Below are positions 19,605 to 28,403 of a stretch of 64,000 bases of DNA, one piece after another. The translations under genes and the position numbers were made by a program. Below the pieces are notes generated by a model that saw nothing but the letters and a program-made list of their open reading frames with translations, ran no database searches and was not told the origin of the DNA. Source of the stretch: a virus; the IMG/VR virus record IMGVR_UViG_3300020187_003193; one strand, written 5' to 3'. Within the stretch, counting starts at the first letter, position 1. Each line of letters starts with the position of its first letter.

Positions 19605-19850
19605 ATGGCTTTTAAAGATATGTTTAAAGACAAAAACGACATCAACGAAAAATCTGTTATTGGATTTTCTTCATTCGTTGTAATGACATTATTTGCAGTA
19701 GCAGATTTAGTAACTGGCTACGTAGGACAAGATTTAGTAATTAATGAATTTATTTACAATTCATTTGTAATAATAACATTAGGTTGTTTTGGTATAGCTG
19801 AAGCAGGTAAAATGTTTGGAAAAAAAGATAACAATAACGAAGAAGAATAA
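19605..19850 (+). CDS. Putative holin-like membrane protein
   Basis: 81 aa, two TM segments, charged C-terminus, directly before amidase. Confidence 0.5.
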   Translation: MAFKDMFKDKNDINEKSVIGFSSFVVMTLFAVADLVTGYVGQDLVINEFIYNSFVIITLGCFGIAEAGKMFGKKDNNNEEE

Positions 19851-19854
19851 GATT

Positions 19855-20346
19855 ATGGCAATAGTACCTAAAGGAATTATAGTTCACTCAATGGCAGAAT
19901 ATTTAAAAATGCCTGAGGGACCAATGAAAGCCCACGATTTCATTAAATCCGTAAAACTTTCAGTACATGGTTACATCCACCCAGATGGAACTTACGAAAA
20001 ACAAGTAGAAACACCCGGTAAAGCATTTCACGCTGGACAATCTAAGTTTGGAGACTTAGAGAATCTAAACTCACATTTTTTAGGATTTGAACTATTGGTA
20101 CCAGGCGAACACGATTTTGGGACATTTAGTAAAGCAATAGAAACACCTGGAACGTATACAGCTGAACAATTTAAAACAGCAGTAGACGTTTGTAAACACT
20201 GGATGAAACAATATAACATACCAGCTGACGCAGTAGTAAGACATTCAGATGTATCAGGTGATGATATTAGAGGTAAAGGCAAGGGTAAAACAGACCCAGG
20301 TTCAGCTTTCGATTGGAAAGCATTTAAAACAGCATTAACAGTTTAA
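19855..20346 (+). CDS. N-acetylmuramoyl-L-alanine amidase (Amidase_2), endolysin
   Basis: 'GIIVHS', 'AFHAG', 'LGFEL', 'VRHSDV', 'KTDPG'; start moved to ATG 19855. Confidence 0.88.
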   Translation: MAIVPKGIIVHSMAEYLKMPEGPMKAHDFIKSVKLSVHGYIHPDGTYEKQVETPGKAFHAGQSKFGDLENLNSHFLGFELLVPGEHDFGTFSKAIETPGTYTAEQFKTAVDVCKHWMKQYNIPADAVVRHSDVSGDDIRGKGKGKTDPGSAFDWKAFKTALTV

Positions 20347-20348
20347 AA

Positions 20349-20543
20349 ATGAAAAATATGTTACAATCTTATATAAATTTCTGGAAAGAAGCAGATACAC
20401 TACTTGATTATGCTATCAATATATGGGTTACTGCTTTAGGAATCATAGCACTTACCGGCTTTGGTAAAGTAATATTTGAATTAATAACCAATCCATCCCA
20501 ATTTAGCAATGCCACATTTGGGATATTTGATACATTAGGATAA
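20349..20543 (+). CDS. Small membrane protein
   Basis: 64 aa, one TM segment. Confidence 0.6.
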   Translation: MKNMLQSYINFWKEADTLLDYAINIWVTALGIIALTGFGKVIFELITNPSQFSNATFGIFDTLG

Positions 20544-21253
20544 TGAAATATTTAATAACGTTTTTATTAGGACTGAATTTCTGCTTTGGACAAACATTAG
20601 GTAAAACTATAACAGAAGATTATACTGCTGGATTTGAAACAGCAGCTTCAGTATATACTATACCTGAATATATGGGCGAACCCGTACCTGTAGCTATATT
20701 ATCAATAGGTGTAAGCCCTGAAGTATTAGAACAATACCCTGAATTAGGTGACTATAGAGTAGGATTAGGTTTATCTAATATTACAGTTGCATTTATGGAA
20801 GAGACATTCCGCTTTGAATTCGTTGAAACTAAAGATGAAATCAAAAACAGAATGGTTACTCAATATAAAGCATCAGCTAAGGGATTATTAACTGAAAAGT
20901 ATGAGTTAAAAGGTAATATTGTAGGAGCTAAATACTTTGGGTACATAGAAGTATATGATTTTTCTATCTCAGAAGATGAAACAGTAAACCTAAAAGATGG
21001 AGTAACCAATAAACTAGTAACTAGATTAGGTCTACAAGTTAGATTAGTAGACGCACAATCAGGATTGTATATGACAGGATCTGGATTAGGAAAATCAACT
21101 ACAACTAGAGAAGTTACTTTATTAAACGATGAAAACTTAGAAGAAGTAGCATTCAACCAATCATCAATAGGAACAGCTACTAAAAAAGCATTAAATACAG
21201 CCGTATACAAGATTGTAAAGCGTATGCGTCAAAAGAAAATATTTGACCACTAA
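20543..21253 (+). CDS. CsgG-like (curli secretion channel family) exported protein
   Basis: Signal peptide; 'RFEFVE', 'GAKYFGYIEVYDF', 'LQVRLVDAQSG..MTGSGLG', 'ALNTAVYKIV'. Confidence 0.7.
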   Translation: MKYLITFLLGLNFCFGQTLGKTITEDYTAGFETAASVYTIPEYMGEPVPVAILSIGVSPEVLEQYPELGDYRVGLGLSNITVAFMEETFRFEFVETKDEIKNRMVTQYKASAKGLLTEKYELKGNIVGAKYFGYIEVYDFSISEDETVNLKDGVTNKLVTRLGLQVRLVDAQSGLYMTGSGLGKSTTTREVTLLNDENLEEVAFNQSSIGTATKKALNTAVYKIVKRMRQKKIFDH

Positions 21254-22935
21254 TGAAAAAACTTCTACTAATATTATTTTTAGTAGGTTTTAGTAATTTA
21301 TATTCTCAAAATCTTATACAAACCTATGTAGATAGGTGTACTGGAGCAGTGAGTGTATTTACTGTTCCTATGAATGGACAGGCAACTGTTGTATTTTATA
21401 ATAAGGCTAGAACGTTTACCTCACAGCAATTTCAAAATGGCGAATTGCAAGCATGGCTTGAAGAAACATACTTATGGTGGGCGTCATTAAACCCATGTTC
21501 AACAGCAACTACAAACGCTACAACAACACAAGCCCAAACACAACAGACAACCCAACAAGCAACTGATGCTGCCGCTGCGGCTGCGGCTGCTGCAGCAGCC
21601 TCTGCCCCCCCACCTGTACCTGCATCACCTCCACCTATAGCAACTACAGCACCCACACAAACAGCTACAACAGGAACTACTGCAACTACAGGAACAACTG
21701 GTTCTACTACTACCGGTACCACAGGAACAACTGGAGGTGATACTTCAACAACTGGTACTACAGGTACAACTAATACTAGTTCAAATGATACATCAACAAC
21801 AAACAACCAATCGTCTAGTAGTTCATCTTCAGGCGATACTTCTTCAAGTTCAGATACTAGCTCTTCAGGCTCAACTGAAGGGAATTCATCTGGAGATGGC
21901 GGTGGAAGCACTGAAGGGGGAAATTCAAGTAGTGAATCGAATGATGGAGGTTCATCAACAGAAGAGACAAAAACTGAAGAGACTAAAACAGAAGAAACTA
22001 AATCTGAAGAAAAAACTGAAGAAGTAAAGGAAGAAAAGACGGAAGAAACTAAAGAGGAAACTAAGGAAGAATCTAAAGAAGAAACCAAAGAAGAAGAGCA
22101 AAAGGAGGAAACTAAAGAAGAGGAATCTAAGGAAGAAGAAAAAACGGAAGAAAAGGAAGAGGAGAAGAAGGAGGAGAAATCTGATGAGGAAAAGGAAAAG
22201 GAAAAAGAGGAAGAAGAACAAAAGAAAAAGGAAGAGGAAAAGAAAAAGAAGAAAGAAGCTAGACAATTAGCCCCTCCAATTATAACAGCTAACGTAGCTA
22301 TGATGCAAGGACCGGATGGTTCTTATAGCTATGCTTCTACATTTGGTGTATCACGTTCTTCTCTGATGGGGGATAAGACATATGGTTTAAATACAATGGT
22401 CTGGAGTAACCTTCAACAGTTTATGGTGAATGCTAGTTTTACTAAAATCCATATCAATAAAGAAGGTAGACCATCAAGGGTATACTCAGCATCAATAGGA
22501 GGTGCTAAAATGTTTACTACAGTAATGGGAATGATGAACCATAGTGTAGTATTTTTAGGTAAAAAAGGTTCAGCAGCTGGATTCGCTTTAGGAACATCAA
22601 TAACTGCACTTGACTTAAATGTAGTTAACGGATTAATATACTATGATGAAAACATATTATCCCAATCAGTAACTGGATTCTATACAAAACCAATTCCATT
22701 AGGTAGAGTATCAGTATCACCTATGGTAGCAATATCATCTCCCTTTGTATCATTAGAGACATTCTCACGTCGTACAACATGGAGTACAGATGTAATGTTT
22801 ATAGGTGGACTAAGTGGAACATTTAATTTAACTAAACGATTTGGAATGAATTTAGGTATAAACGCTGTTACATCAACATTACCTAATTTTCCTGTACTAG
22901 TAAATTATACAATAGGTTCTCGTTTCTCTTTCTAA
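21253..22935 (+). CDS. Exported protein with long low-complexity linker and putative C-terminal outer-membrane beta-barrel
   Basis: Signal peptide; T/S/G-rich then E/K-rich tracts; amphipathic strands ending 'YTIGSRFSF'. Confidence 0.6.
   Translation: MKKLLLILFLVGFSNLYSQNLIQTYVDRCTGAVSVFTVPMNGQATVVFYNKARTFTSQQFQNGELQAWLEETYLWWASLNPCSTATTNATTTQAQTQQTTQQATDAAAAAAAAAAASAPPPVPASPPPIATTAPTQTATTGTTATTGTTGSTTTGTTGTTGGDTSTTGTTGTTNTSSNDTSTTNNQSSSSSSSGDTSSSSDTSSSGSTEGNSSGDGGGSTEGGNSSSESNDGGSSTEETKTEETKTEETKSEEKTEEVKEEKTEETKEETKEESKEETKEEEQKEETKEEESKEEEKTEEKEEEKKEEKSDEEKEKEKEEEEQKKKEEEKKKKKEARQLAPPIITANVAMMQGPDGSYSYASTFGVSRSSLMGDKTYGLNTMVWSNLQQFMVNASFTKIHINKEGRPSRVYSASIGGAKMFTTVMGMMNHSVVFLGKKGSAAGFALGTSITALDLNVVNGLIYYDENILSQSVTGFYTKPIPLGRVSVSPMVAISSPFVSLETFSRRTTWSTDVMFIGGLSGTFNLTKRFGMNLGINAVTSTLPNFPVLVNYTIGSRFSF
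21955..22260 (+). repeat. Coding low-complexity purine repeat (EETKEE / EEKK)
   Basis: GAAGAAAC[T/C]AAA-type units in frame. Confidence 0.8.
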
Positions 22936-22952
22936 AGTAATGCACAGGAAAC

Positions 22953-22983
22953 TTGGCTACCCGGGAAGCCATTCGTATATTTA
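22953..22983 (+). promoter_or_regulatory. Bacteroidota-type promoter P1
   Basis: TTGG-N19-TATATTTA; spacer GGCT-ACCCGGGA-AGCC; upstream AGTAATGCACAGGAAA. Confidence 0.8.
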
Positions 22984-23012
22984 CCACGTTGAAATTATAA
23001 AAATATAAAGTT

Positions 23013-23180
23013 ATGCAAGTATTAAGATTTTTTAATGATGAATTAAGTGGAAACGAATGTGCTATTGTTTGGAATGGTAAAGAAGAAATTTGTGTTACAG
23101 CTGATGAAGCTTGGGATATAGAAGCACAAGCACAATCACGTCAAGATGCTTATGAATTAAGAGGTGAAAGAGGTTGGTAA
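23013..23180 (+). CDS. 55-aa hypothetical protein
   Basis: ORF after P1 with AAAGTT-ATG; not in ORF track. Confidence 0.7.
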   Translation: MQVLRFFNDELSGNECAIVWNGKEEICVTADEAWDIEAQAQSRQDAYELRGERGW

Positions 23181-23200
23181 TTAAATTAAAATAAAAAGTT

Positions 23201-23419
23201 ATGAAGAAAAAACAAGCAGAAAATCTAATTATTGCAGTTCTACTATATGCCCTATTAGCATTACTATGGGAACAAATAAAACCTATAGCCTTAAAGCTAG
23301 ATAAATCTATCTTCCCAGAACATAAATTTAAAAACAAAATGTTATATAAATTAAGATGGTATATATGTCTCCTTTTATATTATATAGGATACTGGGTGTA
23401 TTTTACCAACTTTTCTTAA
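23201..23419 (+). CDS. Small membrane protein
   Basis: Two hydrophobic segments; AAAGTT-ATG. Confidence 0.6.
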   Translation: MKKKQAENLIIAVLLYALLALLWEQIKPIALKLDKSIFPEHKFKNKMLYKLRWYICLLLYYIGYWVYFTNFS

Positions 23420-23437
23420 AAGTAATTCACAGGAAAC

Positions 23438-23468
23438 TTGGCTACCCGGGAAGCCTAGCGTATATTTA
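23438..23468 (+). promoter_or_regulatory. Bacteroidota-type promoter P2
   Basis: TTGG-N19-TATATTTA; near copy of P1. Confidence 0.8.
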
Positions 23469-23511
23469 CGTGTTCGAATGGTTCGGGCGTTAAATTAAAA
23501 TTATAAAGGTT

Positions 23512-24321
23512 ATGTTAAATTATCAAAACACAGAGTTCAAAAGTTTAGAAAGATTAAGAGAAACAACTCCATCAATTTTTACAAAAACAAGTAGCGAAAG
23601 TACTTCAGACAAGTACACACACATTCCAACTGATACTGTAATTCGTGATTTAGAATTATTAGGATGGGGAGTAGTTGATGCTAAAGAAGTTAAAGCAAGA
23701 AAAGATACAACTAAAGGTTTCCAAAAGCACTTAGTAGTACTTAGAAACCCAGATGTAGTAATTGATGGTGCAGATGGTGATACAGTTTACCCACAAATTT
23801 TATTAACTAATAGCCACGATGGTAAAAATTCATTTTCATTCCAAGCAGGATTGTTCAGATGTATATGTGAAAACGGATTAGTTATAGCAACTACACAATT
23901 CGAAAGCCATAAAGTAAGACATATGGGTTATGATTTCGAAGCGTTACAAGAAGTAATTAAATCATTAGTTGAAAAATTACCATTAACTGTTGAATCAATG
24001 AATAAAATGAAAGCAACGGAATTAACTCAAACTCAAGCATTCGAATTTGCTACCGCATTATTAGAAGAAAGAGTTAAAGGTACTGATAATAAAATCACTG
24101 AGTTAGCAGTTGTAGGTGTTTTACAAACACAACGTTCACAAGATGAAGGATTAGGGCTTTGGGAAACTTTCAATCGTGTACAGGAAAACATAATGGAAGG
24201 TAATTTCCTGTACAAAACACCAAAAGGTAAGCTTAGACAAGCACGTCCAATCAAGAATTTTAAGCAAGATATGGACTTAAACCAGAAATTATACGAACGT
24301 GCCTTAGAGTTTGTAGCATAA
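23512..24321 (+). CDS. DUF932/DUF945-like protein
   Basis: 'SDKYTHIPT', 'FQKH', 'ILLTNSHDG..SF.FQAGLFR..C.NGLV', 'LWETFNRVQEN'. Confidence 0.85.
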   Translation: MLNYQNTEFKSLERLRETTPSIFTKTSSESTSDKYTHIPTDTVIRDLELLGWGVVDAKEVKARKDTTKGFQKHLVVLRNPDVVIDGADGDTVYPQILLTNSHDGKNSFSFQAGLFRCICENGLVIATTQFESHKVRHMGYDFEALQEVIKSLVEKLPLTVESMNKMKATELTQTQAFEFATALLEERVKGTDNKITELAVVGVLQTQRSQDEGLGLWETFNRVQENIMEGNFLYKTPKGKLRQARPIKNFKQDMDLNQKLYERALEFVA

Positions 24322-24329
24322 AAAAATTA

Positions 24330-24351
24330 ATTGCCCCCGAAAGGGGGCAAT
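24330..24351. terminator. Hairpin terminator candidate ATTGCCCCC-GAAA-GGGGGCAAT
   Basis: 9-bp perfect stem, GAAA loop, AT-rich flanks after DUF932 stop. Confidence 0.75.
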
Positions 24352-24357
24352 ATTTAT
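24350..24357 (+). promoter_or_regulatory. Putative late promoter motif ATATTTAT
   Basis: Directly after hairpin, upstream of 24379. Confidence 0.45.
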
Positions 24358-24378
24358 TAATATATAATTATATTTCAT

Positions 24379-24900
24379 ATGACACCACAAGAAACTGAAA
24401 AAATTAAATTAATGCAGTTATTTAAGCAAGGTAAAATCGATACATTACCCGATGTAGATAGTGATGCATATAAAGCCTCAAAAGTAAAAGATATGATGTC
24501 TAAAGCAAACACAAATGAATCTAATATTGAAGAAATGACTCGTGATACATTTGAACGTATGGATGGTTTAGTTAGTCAAACTTTATTAAAGGAATTTTTA
24601 AATACCTTTGAAGAAATCTATAGTGATTATCATGAAAGTGGGGATCCATTTGATTCTAGTGAGGTAATAGATTATTTAAGTATTATGATGCAAAATCGTG
24701 CTGAAGATGCTAGATTAGATTCTAGTTTCCCTACAAACGAAGCCTCTAAACCAGGTTACCACGCAGATGGAACACCAAAATCAGATGCTGAAATGGATGA
24801 TGATGAAAGAGAACAATTTTATCTTGATTTAGACGACGTTAACGAAGAAACAGTTGACGAAGGTGTAAAATGGATGAAACGTTTTAGTGGAGTAAAATAA
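24379..24900 (+). CDS. Acidic hypothetical protein (possible head-associated protein)
   Basis: D/E-rich, basic C-terminal 'WMKRFSGVK'. Confidence 0.65.
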   Translation: MTPQETEKIKLMQLFKQGKIDTLPDVDSDAYKASKVKDMMSKANTNESNIEEMTRDTFERMDGLVSQTLLKEFLNTFEEIYSDYHESGDPFDSSEVIDYLSIMMQNRAEDARLDSSFPTNEASKPGYHADGTPKSDAEMDDDEREQFYLDLDDVNEETVDEGVKWMKRFSGVK

Positions 24901-24923
24901 GCTAAAAATATCTATAAAAACGT

Positions 24924-24954
24924 TAGGCTGCCGTAGGCAGCCTTCGTATATTTA
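24924..24954 (+). promoter_or_regulatory. Bacteroidota-type promoter P3
   Basis: TAGG-N19-TATATTTA; GGCTGCC-GTA-GGCAGCC. Confidence 0.8.
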
Positions 24955-24979
24955 TGTATTGAAATAAAAAGGTTATATT

Positions 24980-25381
24980 ATGGCATTGTGGAAAGTAAAT
25001 AATGAGATAGTTTATAGTGAAAACGCATTATCCCTATCTCCAAACGAAGCAAATGGAACAATGATTACAAGGCACTTCTATAAAGTCCCTAAATCAAATG
25101 TACGAGGTGGTTTCCTAACTAATGAAAAAGGTACATTTCATACTCCATCTTGGATTAAAGTACACCCTAAAACAACATTAAACGATATAATATTTCCTGA
25201 AATAAAGGTTGCTAAAGCAAAGGAAAAGCGTATCATCGAATTCGCATCATCTAGTAGCGATAAAAAATATTACGTTACAGTTATAGACTCTAAAACAATT
25301 AAATGTTCTTGCCCGGGTTCATGGAGAAGCAATGGCAATTGTAAGCACATTAAGGAAGTTAGAGAAAGTTTAACTAAATAA
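24980..25381 (+). CDS. SWIM zinc-finger protein
   Basis: 'YYV...CSCPG...NCKHI'. Confidence 0.8.
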   Translation: MALWKVNNEIVYSENALSLSPNEANGTMITRHFYKVPKSNVRGGFLTNEKGTFHTPSWIKVHPKTTLNDIIFPEIKVAKAKEKRIIEFASSSSDKKYYVTVIDSKTIKCSCPGSWRSNGNCKHIKEVRESLTK

Positions 25382-25387
25382 TATTAA

Positions 25388-25969
25388 ATGAGAAAATCAA
25401 CCAAAATTGTTCTATCATTATTATTGGTATCATTAGTAATAAGTGCCTATACAGCCCTTACATTACCAAAACAAGAACCCATTGTAGTAAAACAAATCCC
25501 ACTACAACCAATATCAGTTAAAATTGAAATTAAAAGCGAACTACCTGTGATTAAAAACCATACAGCATTTTTAGATGCGATTGGGCATTATGAGAGTAGT
25601 AATCGATATGATATCGTTAATCGCTTTGGTTACATGGGTAGATACCAATTTGGTAAGTCAACACTTAAATCACTAGGTATAAATGTATCACGTAAAACGT
25701 TCTTAAATAGTCCTCATTTACAAGAAGAAGCTATGGATAGATTGTTAACTGAAAATTACAAGTCACTAAGACGCTATCTAAAAAAATATGATGGTAAAGT
25801 AGTACATGGTGTATTTGTAACCAAATCAGGTACATTAGCAGCAGCACATTTAGTAGGTGCAGGTGCAGTTAGTAAATGGTTTAGACGTGGTACACAAGCT
25901 AAAGATGGTAATGGAACCCGTTTAACAACTTATATGAAAGTATTTGCTAATTACGATTTAGATATATAA
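25388..25969 (+). CDS. Lysozyme-like / lytic transglycosylase with N-terminal anchor
   Basis: 'FLDAIGHYESSNRY..VN..GYMGRYQFG', 'LAAAHLVGAG'. Confidence 0.75.
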   Translation: MRKSTKIVLSLLLVSLVISAYTALTLPKQEPIVVKQIPLQPISVKIEIKSELPVIKNHTAFLDAIGHYESSNRYDIVNRFGYMGRYQFGKSTLKSLGINVSRKTFLNSPHLQEEAMDRLLTENYKSLRRYLKKYDGKVVHGVFVTKSGTLAAAHLVGAGAVSKWFRRGTQAKDGNGTRLTTYMKVFANYDLDI

Positions 25970-25981
25970 ATAAAATAAGTT

Positions 25982-26230
25982 ATGAAAGAACAAGATTTAA
26001 TAGATTTAGGATTTGAAAGATATGATATATCAGCAGAAGAATCAGGAGATAAACCTTACTTCTACTTCACATATAACATTACAGATGAATTATGTTTGAT
26101 ATCAACTGATAATGATGAAGCTAAAAGAAGGGGATGGTATGTAGAATTATTTGATTATGAGAATATTGAAATTAGCAACCTAGAAGACTTAAAAACTCTT
26201 ATTAGTGTTATAGAAAGAAATAAGTTATGA
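25982..26230 (+). CDS. Hypothetical protein
   Basis: ORF with AAGTT-ATG. Confidence 0.7.
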   Translation: MKEQDLIDLGFERYDISAEESGDKPYFYFTYNITDELCLISTDNDEAKRRGWYVELFDYENIEISNLEDLKTLISVIERNKL

Positions 26231-26529
26231 AAGTAGGTAGTTACGTAATATGTGTAGACGATAGTTTTTCAGCGGAACAAATGTCTAAACTAAGTCGAAT
26301 ACCTAAAAAGGACGACTACTATACTATTAGAGATGTAGTTGAGTATCCTAAATACAATAGGATAGGTGTTCGTTTAGAGGAAATAAGTAATCCTGAAATT
26401 GAGATGGATGGTGGTATGCATGAACCAACTTTCAATATATTTAGGTTCGCCGAATTAGATGTTCCACCTTCACTTGAAGCTGAAATTGAAAACCTAATAT
26501 CAACTGATATAGAAATAGAAACATTATGA
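26227..26529 (+). CDS. Hypothetical protein
   Basis: ATGA-coupled ORF. Confidence 0.7.
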   Translation: MKVGSYVICVDDSFSAEQMSKLSRIPKKDDYYTIRDVVEYPKYNRIGVRLEEISNPEIEMDGGMHEPTFNIFRFAELDVPPSLEAEIENLISTDIEIETL

Positions 26530-26747
26530 CAACTAATTACTTAGAGAAGTTCATACTCAACTCAGTTAGAAAATATGTTCCTGAAGGAATACATCCTGAA
26601 CTTCATATCAATTGCCAAGCACAAATGTATGAGATTATAATGACACTTATAAAGGAAGACAAAACTCCCGCGAAGTTGTCAGTAGTCATATATTTATCGA
26701 AGTCATATAAAGACATTTTATATTCGAAATATTCACAACTAAATTAA
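26526..26747 (+). CDS. Hypothetical protein
   Basis: ATGA-coupled ORF. Confidence 0.6.
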   Translation: MTTNYLEKFILNSVRKYVPEGIHPELHINCQAQMYEIIMTLIKEDKTPAKLSVVIYLSKSYKDILYSKYSQLN

Positions 26748-26751
26748 ATTT

Positions 26752-27039
26752 ATGAAAACATTATTAATTGTATTATTAGTATTAGCGGTTGCAGCTGGAG
26801 CAGTTTATGTCGCTACAAAGTATTTTAAATCCTTCAAAGACGAAGACAAAGATGGAATTCCAGACGTAGTTGAAGACAAATATGAAGACGTAAAAGAAGA
26901 CGTTGAAGATGCTATCGAAGACGTTAAAGAATTTGCTGAAAAAGCAAAAGACAAAGTAGAAGACATCGTTGAAGAGGTTAAAGACTTACCTAAAAAGGTA
27001 ACTCGTAAGAAACCGGGACGCGCTACTAAGAAAAAATAA
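26752..27039 (+). CDS. Membrane-anchored acidic helical-repeat protein
   Basis: TM leader, 'DEDKDGIPD', EDVKE repeats, basic tail. Confidence 0.7.
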   Translation: MKTLLIVLLVLAVAAGAVYVATKYFKSFKDEDKDGIPDVVEDKYEDVKEDVEDAIEDVKEFAEKAKDKVEDIVEEVKDLPKKVTRKKPGRATKKK

Positions 27040-27042
27040 TCG

Positions 27043-27645
27043 ATGAATAAGTTTTTATTGACAATATTGGCTATGGCTACCTTTATAGGTGGCCATTCCC
27101 AGACTTTGCGAAACAAAGTTACAACTGGAAATGATGTATTCACTGTAGTATATTCTGAATTCTTAGAACAACCCTTAAATGTAAAATATAGTATTACAAA
27201 CCCAAACGGGACAGCGTCACGTAAGGGAATGAATTTCTATAAAAACGATTCAATCCACACTTCAGATAACGATGACTACAAATACAATGAGTGGGATAAA
27301 GGACATATGGCACCCGCTGCTGACTTTGTAGAATCAAGAGATAAACTATATAAAACATTCTCCTACCTAAATTCAGCATTACAACATAAATCACTCAATC
27401 GTGGTGAATGGAAATCATTAGAGACATTTGAGAGATTATTATGGGTTGAAAAAGGAAAAATTGATGTTGAAATTGAAATTATATTTGAACCTGTACCCTT
27501 TAGAGTAGAAGCAGGTGCTGCTATACCAACAGCATTTAAAAAACACTTAGTGTATAAAGATGGAGCGTTATGTTTCTTCTTTCCAAATATAGTTCCTGAA
27601 CATGAAGGGTTCGAACATTATAAAATAGAATGTGAAAAACATTAA
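27043..27645 (+). CDS. DNA/RNA non-specific endonuclease (NucA/EndA-like) with signal peptide
   Basis: 'DKGHMAPAAD', 'TFSYLNSALQH..LNRGEWK.LE'. Confidence 0.88.
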   Translation: MNKFLLTILAMATFIGGHSQTLRNKVTTGNDVFTVVYSEFLEQPLNVKYSITNPNGTASRKGMNFYKNDSIHTSDNDDYKYNEWDKGHMAPAADFVESRDKLYKTFSYLNSALQHKSLNRGEWKSLETFERLLWVEKGKIDVEIEIIFEPVPFRVEAGAAIPTAFKKHLVYKDGALCFFFPNIVPEHEGFEHYKIECEKH

Positions 27646-27652
27646 AATAAAC

Positions 27653-27683
27653 TTGGCTCCGTAATGGAGCCTTTTTATATTCA
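27653..27683 (+). promoter_or_regulatory. Promoter P4 overlapping terminator-like hairpin
   Basis: TTGG-N19-TATATTCA; GGCTCC-GTAAT-GGAGCC-TTTTT. Confidence 0.7.
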
Positions 27684-27710
27684 CATATATTAATCATAAA
27701 ACAATAAACA

Positions 27711-27917
27711 ATGTCGTATTTTTCAGTATTAGTTGAGTTGGAAGGCGAACCAAAACGAAATGGTGCCCCAACTAAAGTCCGCGAGATGTATTTAGTAGAT
27801 TCTATGTCAGTAACTGAGGCAGAAGCAAAAACCGTAAAAAAATTACGAGACGAGGGAACACTTACAGATTTCCAAGTAACTAAAGTAACGGAAACTAAAT
27901 ATTTAGACATACTATAA
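27711..27917 (+). CDS. DUF4494-like protein
   Basis: 'KVREMYLVDSMSVTEAEAK' resembles this Bacteroidota family. Confidence 0.65.
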   Translation: MSYFSVLVELEGEPKRNGAPTKVREMYLVDSMSVTEAEAKTVKKLRDEGTLTDFQVTKVTETKYLDIL

Positions 27918-28060
27918 TGAGTAAACATTCAGCAAAACAAAATTACGAACAAGTAATGGAATGGTTAGAGACAGTTAAACGTCCTAAAAAAACATCTACA
28001 CCTGCTTCATTCCAAAAACAAAGTAGATTAGACTATTACAAACAAAAAGGTAATAAGTAA
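27917..28060 (+). CDS. 47-aa basic microprotein
   Basis: TAATG-coupled ORF MSKHSAKQNYEQ...; not in ORF track. Confidence 0.6.
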   Translation: MSKHSAKQNYEQVMEWLETVKRPKKTSTPASFQKQSRLDYYKQKGNK

Positions 28061-28071
28061 TTAAATTTATA

Positions 28072-28079
28072 ATATTTAT
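28072..28079 (+). promoter_or_regulatory. Putative late promoter motif ATATTTAT
   Basis: Heads the 28.1-32 kb module. Confidence 0.45.
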
Positions 28080-28145
28080 TAATGATATTTCGATAGTTTG
28101 AAATACAAAAAATAATTAAAATTTAAACTTATAAAATCAAAAACA

Positions 28146-28403
28146 ATGGCTTATTTTCACGCAGTAAATACAGGAAAAGGATTCATTACTCACGCTGATA
28201 GCGAATTATCTCATGTGGCAGGATATCCTGGGGATGTGTGGGTGACAGAAAACACAACATGGGCAACTAGAGTAGGGGCTACATCTAAAACAAAAGAAGA
28301 AGCCCAAGCATTAGTTAATGCTGCTATAGAAGGTCAAGTATATGACGAAGACTTCCCTCATGAAGAATTAAGAGGACAACAAATCACTTCTATCCTTCCT
28401 TAA
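28146..28403 (+). CDS. Hypothetical protein (fibre-module associated)
   Basis: 'NTGKGFITH', 'GYPGDVWV', 'KTKEEAQALV'. Confidence 0.75.
   Translation: MAYFHAVNTGKGFITHADSELSHVAGYPGDVWVTENTTWATRVGATSKTKEEAQALVNAAIEGQVYDEDFPHEELRGQQITSILP

Noticed and set aside
21955-22260. Purine-rich tandem repeats as a possible CRISPR or non-coding array
   Set aside because: In-frame Glu/Lys low-complexity coding; no constant repeat with unique spacers
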